From: Oikopleura dioica
Taxonomy: Eukaryota > Animalia > Chordata
NCBI GenBank assembly: GCA_907165135.1
Contig: OU015570.1
Span: forward strand, 2,625,929-2,689,928
Direction: 5' to 3'
Length of the DNA: 64,000 bases
Position 1 is the first letter of the stretch. Each line of letters starts with the position of its first letter. The notes beneath the pieces were generated by a model, which saw only the letters and a program-made list of their open reading frames with translations, made no database searches and had not been told where the DNA came from. Below are positions 61,472-64,000 of the stretch, one piece after another. The position numbers were made by a program, and so were the translations under genes.

Positions 61472-64000
61472 GGGCTGACGCCGCGTGCTACGCGTCAGAC
61501 CCTGTTATTACCAACGAAAGCACAAATCAAGCATACACCGGGGCATTTCAACCTCGGGTCAATTTAAAAATAAGCGCGGCGACCGGTAAATCCTTCTCTT
61601 TCAATGCGCTCGTGGACACTGGCAGCTCAATAACAATGATATTAAAACGGGATGTTCCACCGCAGCTGGCAAATAATATAGAGCCATACGAGGGCAAAGT
61701 CGCTGGAATCGGTGCTGGACGTTTGGTTGGCCTCCTCAACTCTCATCTCGATATCGGCGGCCACCGGTTCTCGGACGTCAAAATCTTTATCATCGAAAAC
61801 GAGATTCCCATGCTGCTAGGAAGAGATATAATTTTCGATCACAAGGACGTAAAATGCCTACCTGATATTGACGGGCTTAAAATTTTCAGCAAGTCGTCGA
61901 ACAAACTTATGTCGACGGTTAATTATGCCTTAAGTTCGGCTTTCACCGCCAAGATTGAGCCGAGTGCGCTTTTCCGGAAATTAAAGGAAACTAAAAAACT
62001 GGATATCGAGGCGATAGAACATCTCACCAGCGAAGAAAAAGTTACTTGTGCTCTACTTGTCGACGAATGCGGGAAGGTTTTCTGCGTCGAGGGCGACCCA
62101 GTCGGGATGTTCAAAGAATATGCGCGAAAACCTACGATTCCTGGCAGAACAGCAGCTCGCCGGCAACACCCGATCGCACAGCAGTTTCAAGCTTGCGTAG
62201 ATGACGAGCTCTCGGGCATGCTTAAAGACACGATCATCCAAAGATGCTACGACAGCCGAGGATTTAACAGCCCGATTCTGGCTGTCCCAAAGAAGACGGG
62301 GCAAGCAAGAGTCTGTTGCAATTTCAAGGACACACTCAATAAAATAATAACGGAAGTGGACAGAGAGGTGTGGACCCTACCGCGGCTGGAGCAAATATTC
62401 GCTACTGTTGGGCCACAGACTAAGTACTTCTCTACAATCGATGTCAGTAAGGGATATTGGCACTGTCTCATTCATCCAGATGATCGGCACAAAACCGCGT
62501 TCAAATGGCGCGGGAAATGCTACATGTTCCGACGGCTTCCATTTGGACTTCTCCATGCGGGAGATATCTTCTGCAAATTCCTGCAAAACGCCCTGGACCA
62601 GGTCGAGAGATCGAGCCAGATAGTGTCATATGTTGATGATGTGCTGGTCTTCGACGACTCATTCGAAAAACACATGATGACGCTGCGCCAGGTATTTCAG
62701 GCGCTGCTGCGCTCAGGAGTACGCCTCGGTGCAGCAAAATGTAAGTTTTTCTCGAAATCGACGGTATTTATGGGGAGAAAAATAATACCAGAGGGAATAT
62801 CGCCAGACCCGAAGAACGTTGCCGATATACTGAAGATCGAGCCGCCAACAAATAGAAAGGAGCTACTGTCTTGCCTGGGCATGCTTGGATGGGTCTCAAC
62901 TTGGATATCGGCAAATTTGTCCGAGAACATCGCGGAGTACTGCTTTTCAAACATCACGAGAGAAATGACTAAATTGACAAAAAAGGTAACTTCGAAATCA
63001 TTTACTTGGCCTCCAGAAGCACAAAAGCCTTCGAGGAAGCCAAAAGAAGACTGACTGAGCCGACGGTCATTGCATATCCAGACTTCAGCAAGCCGTTTAT
63101 CCTGGCTACTGATGCAAGCGAATTTTGCATCGGCGCAACTCTGCTGCAGAAACAAAAAGGCGTTATCAGAATGATTGGCGCAGCATCTCTCACTCTCTCA
63201 GATACACAGTCCCGGTGGGCGACTCTAGAACAAGAAGGCTTCGCAATTCTCTGGGGAATGGAGCGCTTCAGATACTATTTAGAAGGGTCGAAGCCGTTCA
63301 TCGTCCTTACAGATCATAAACCTTTCGTCAACATCGACCGGAAGGCGACAAAAAATCGAAAAATTCAAAGGTGGAGAGAGCGCATGAGTCTGTTTAATTT
63401 TGCAGTGCAATATCTGCCGGGTAAAAACACGATCGCGGACTTCCTCTCACGGCCTTACGGTAAAACCGCTTCGTCGCAGACAGTAGATGACAGCGCAGCG
63501 GGTGAGTTCTACACCCAGGAAGGGGCAGGGCTCTAAATTTACGTTCCTTCATGGTCATGTGGCGGCGTTTTTCCAAAAGAAATGCTCCTTACAAAAAGCG
63601 AAGAAGCTCAAGATTGCTCTGCCTTCACCAGTTTTGTTTGCAACTCATCGAACCTGAATCTCCACGAAATGATCGTCATAACACGAGCCCAGGAAGAGGA
63701 TATATCTTTGAGCACGGTTCGTGAGTACATCAAAAGGAAGTAAAGCCGGAGAAGTGGATACTTAACTCCTGCGGCGAGCGAGATGCATTTTTGCGTCACC
63801 GGAAGCGATACAAATTTCACGAAGGCTCGAACGTACTTCTGGTGAATTTGGAAGGGAGAGACCGCATCGTTATTCCGAGCTCATTAAAAACCCGGTTCCT
63901 GAAAAATGTCATGAAGTCGCTCATTTTGGAGTGAAGAAAACAATGGAGCTTCTCGATTGGGCGTGATGGCCAGGAATGCATGAGGACGTCGTGGACTATT
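61465..64000 (+). pseudogene. pol: pol (PR-RT-RH-IN start) with frameshifts and stops
   Basis: 529-aa PR-RT ORF; 1-bp shift near 63030 (EAQK|AFEEAKRRL); stop at 63536 and further breaks before the integrase. Confidence 0.92.

Larger units (their letters stand above)
59963..64000 (+). mobile_element. Second Ty3/gypsy LTR retrotransposon (5' part; runs off the window)
   Basis: 197-bp LTR 59963-60159 (TGTGGGA...TCCCACA), PBS TGGTACCAG at 60163, gag, PR (LVDTGS), RT (YVDD), RH (TDAS..DHK), start of IN (HEVAH at 63910). Confidence 0.95.

Overview
This is AT-rich eukaryotic DNA made almost entirely of nested transposable elements, with no intact conserved host gene that I can recognise. Short introns and Tor-like Ty3/gypsy elements suggest a larvacean tunicate such as Oikopleura; that is inference. 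Main contents: (1) A 12.2-kb Ty3/gypsy element (5883-18115, minus strand) with identical-looking 911-bp LTRs, a CCCH-finger Gag, an in-frame UGA gag-pol junction, LTRs packed with ETS, CTCF-like and AP-1 motifs, and two nested hAT insertions. (2) A double-RING ORF just upstream of a PPT and LTR. (3) A 1.7-kb non-coding LTR element nested in a direct-repeat-flanked relic. (4) A 13.6-kb DNA transposon (32360-45982) with ~480-bp TIRs and a 5-bp TSD; it carries an intron-containing transposase, a Ulp1/C48-like protease and an SGNH-hydrolase-like gene. (5) A Penelope-like RT fragment. (6) Clusters of decayed multi-exon orphan genes on the minus strand. (7) The 5' part of a second gypsy element with a predicted -1 frameshift signal, running off the right edge. 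(8) Many hAT (8-bp TSD), TTAA and TA MITEs and satellites. All calls were made by eye; no database searches were run.
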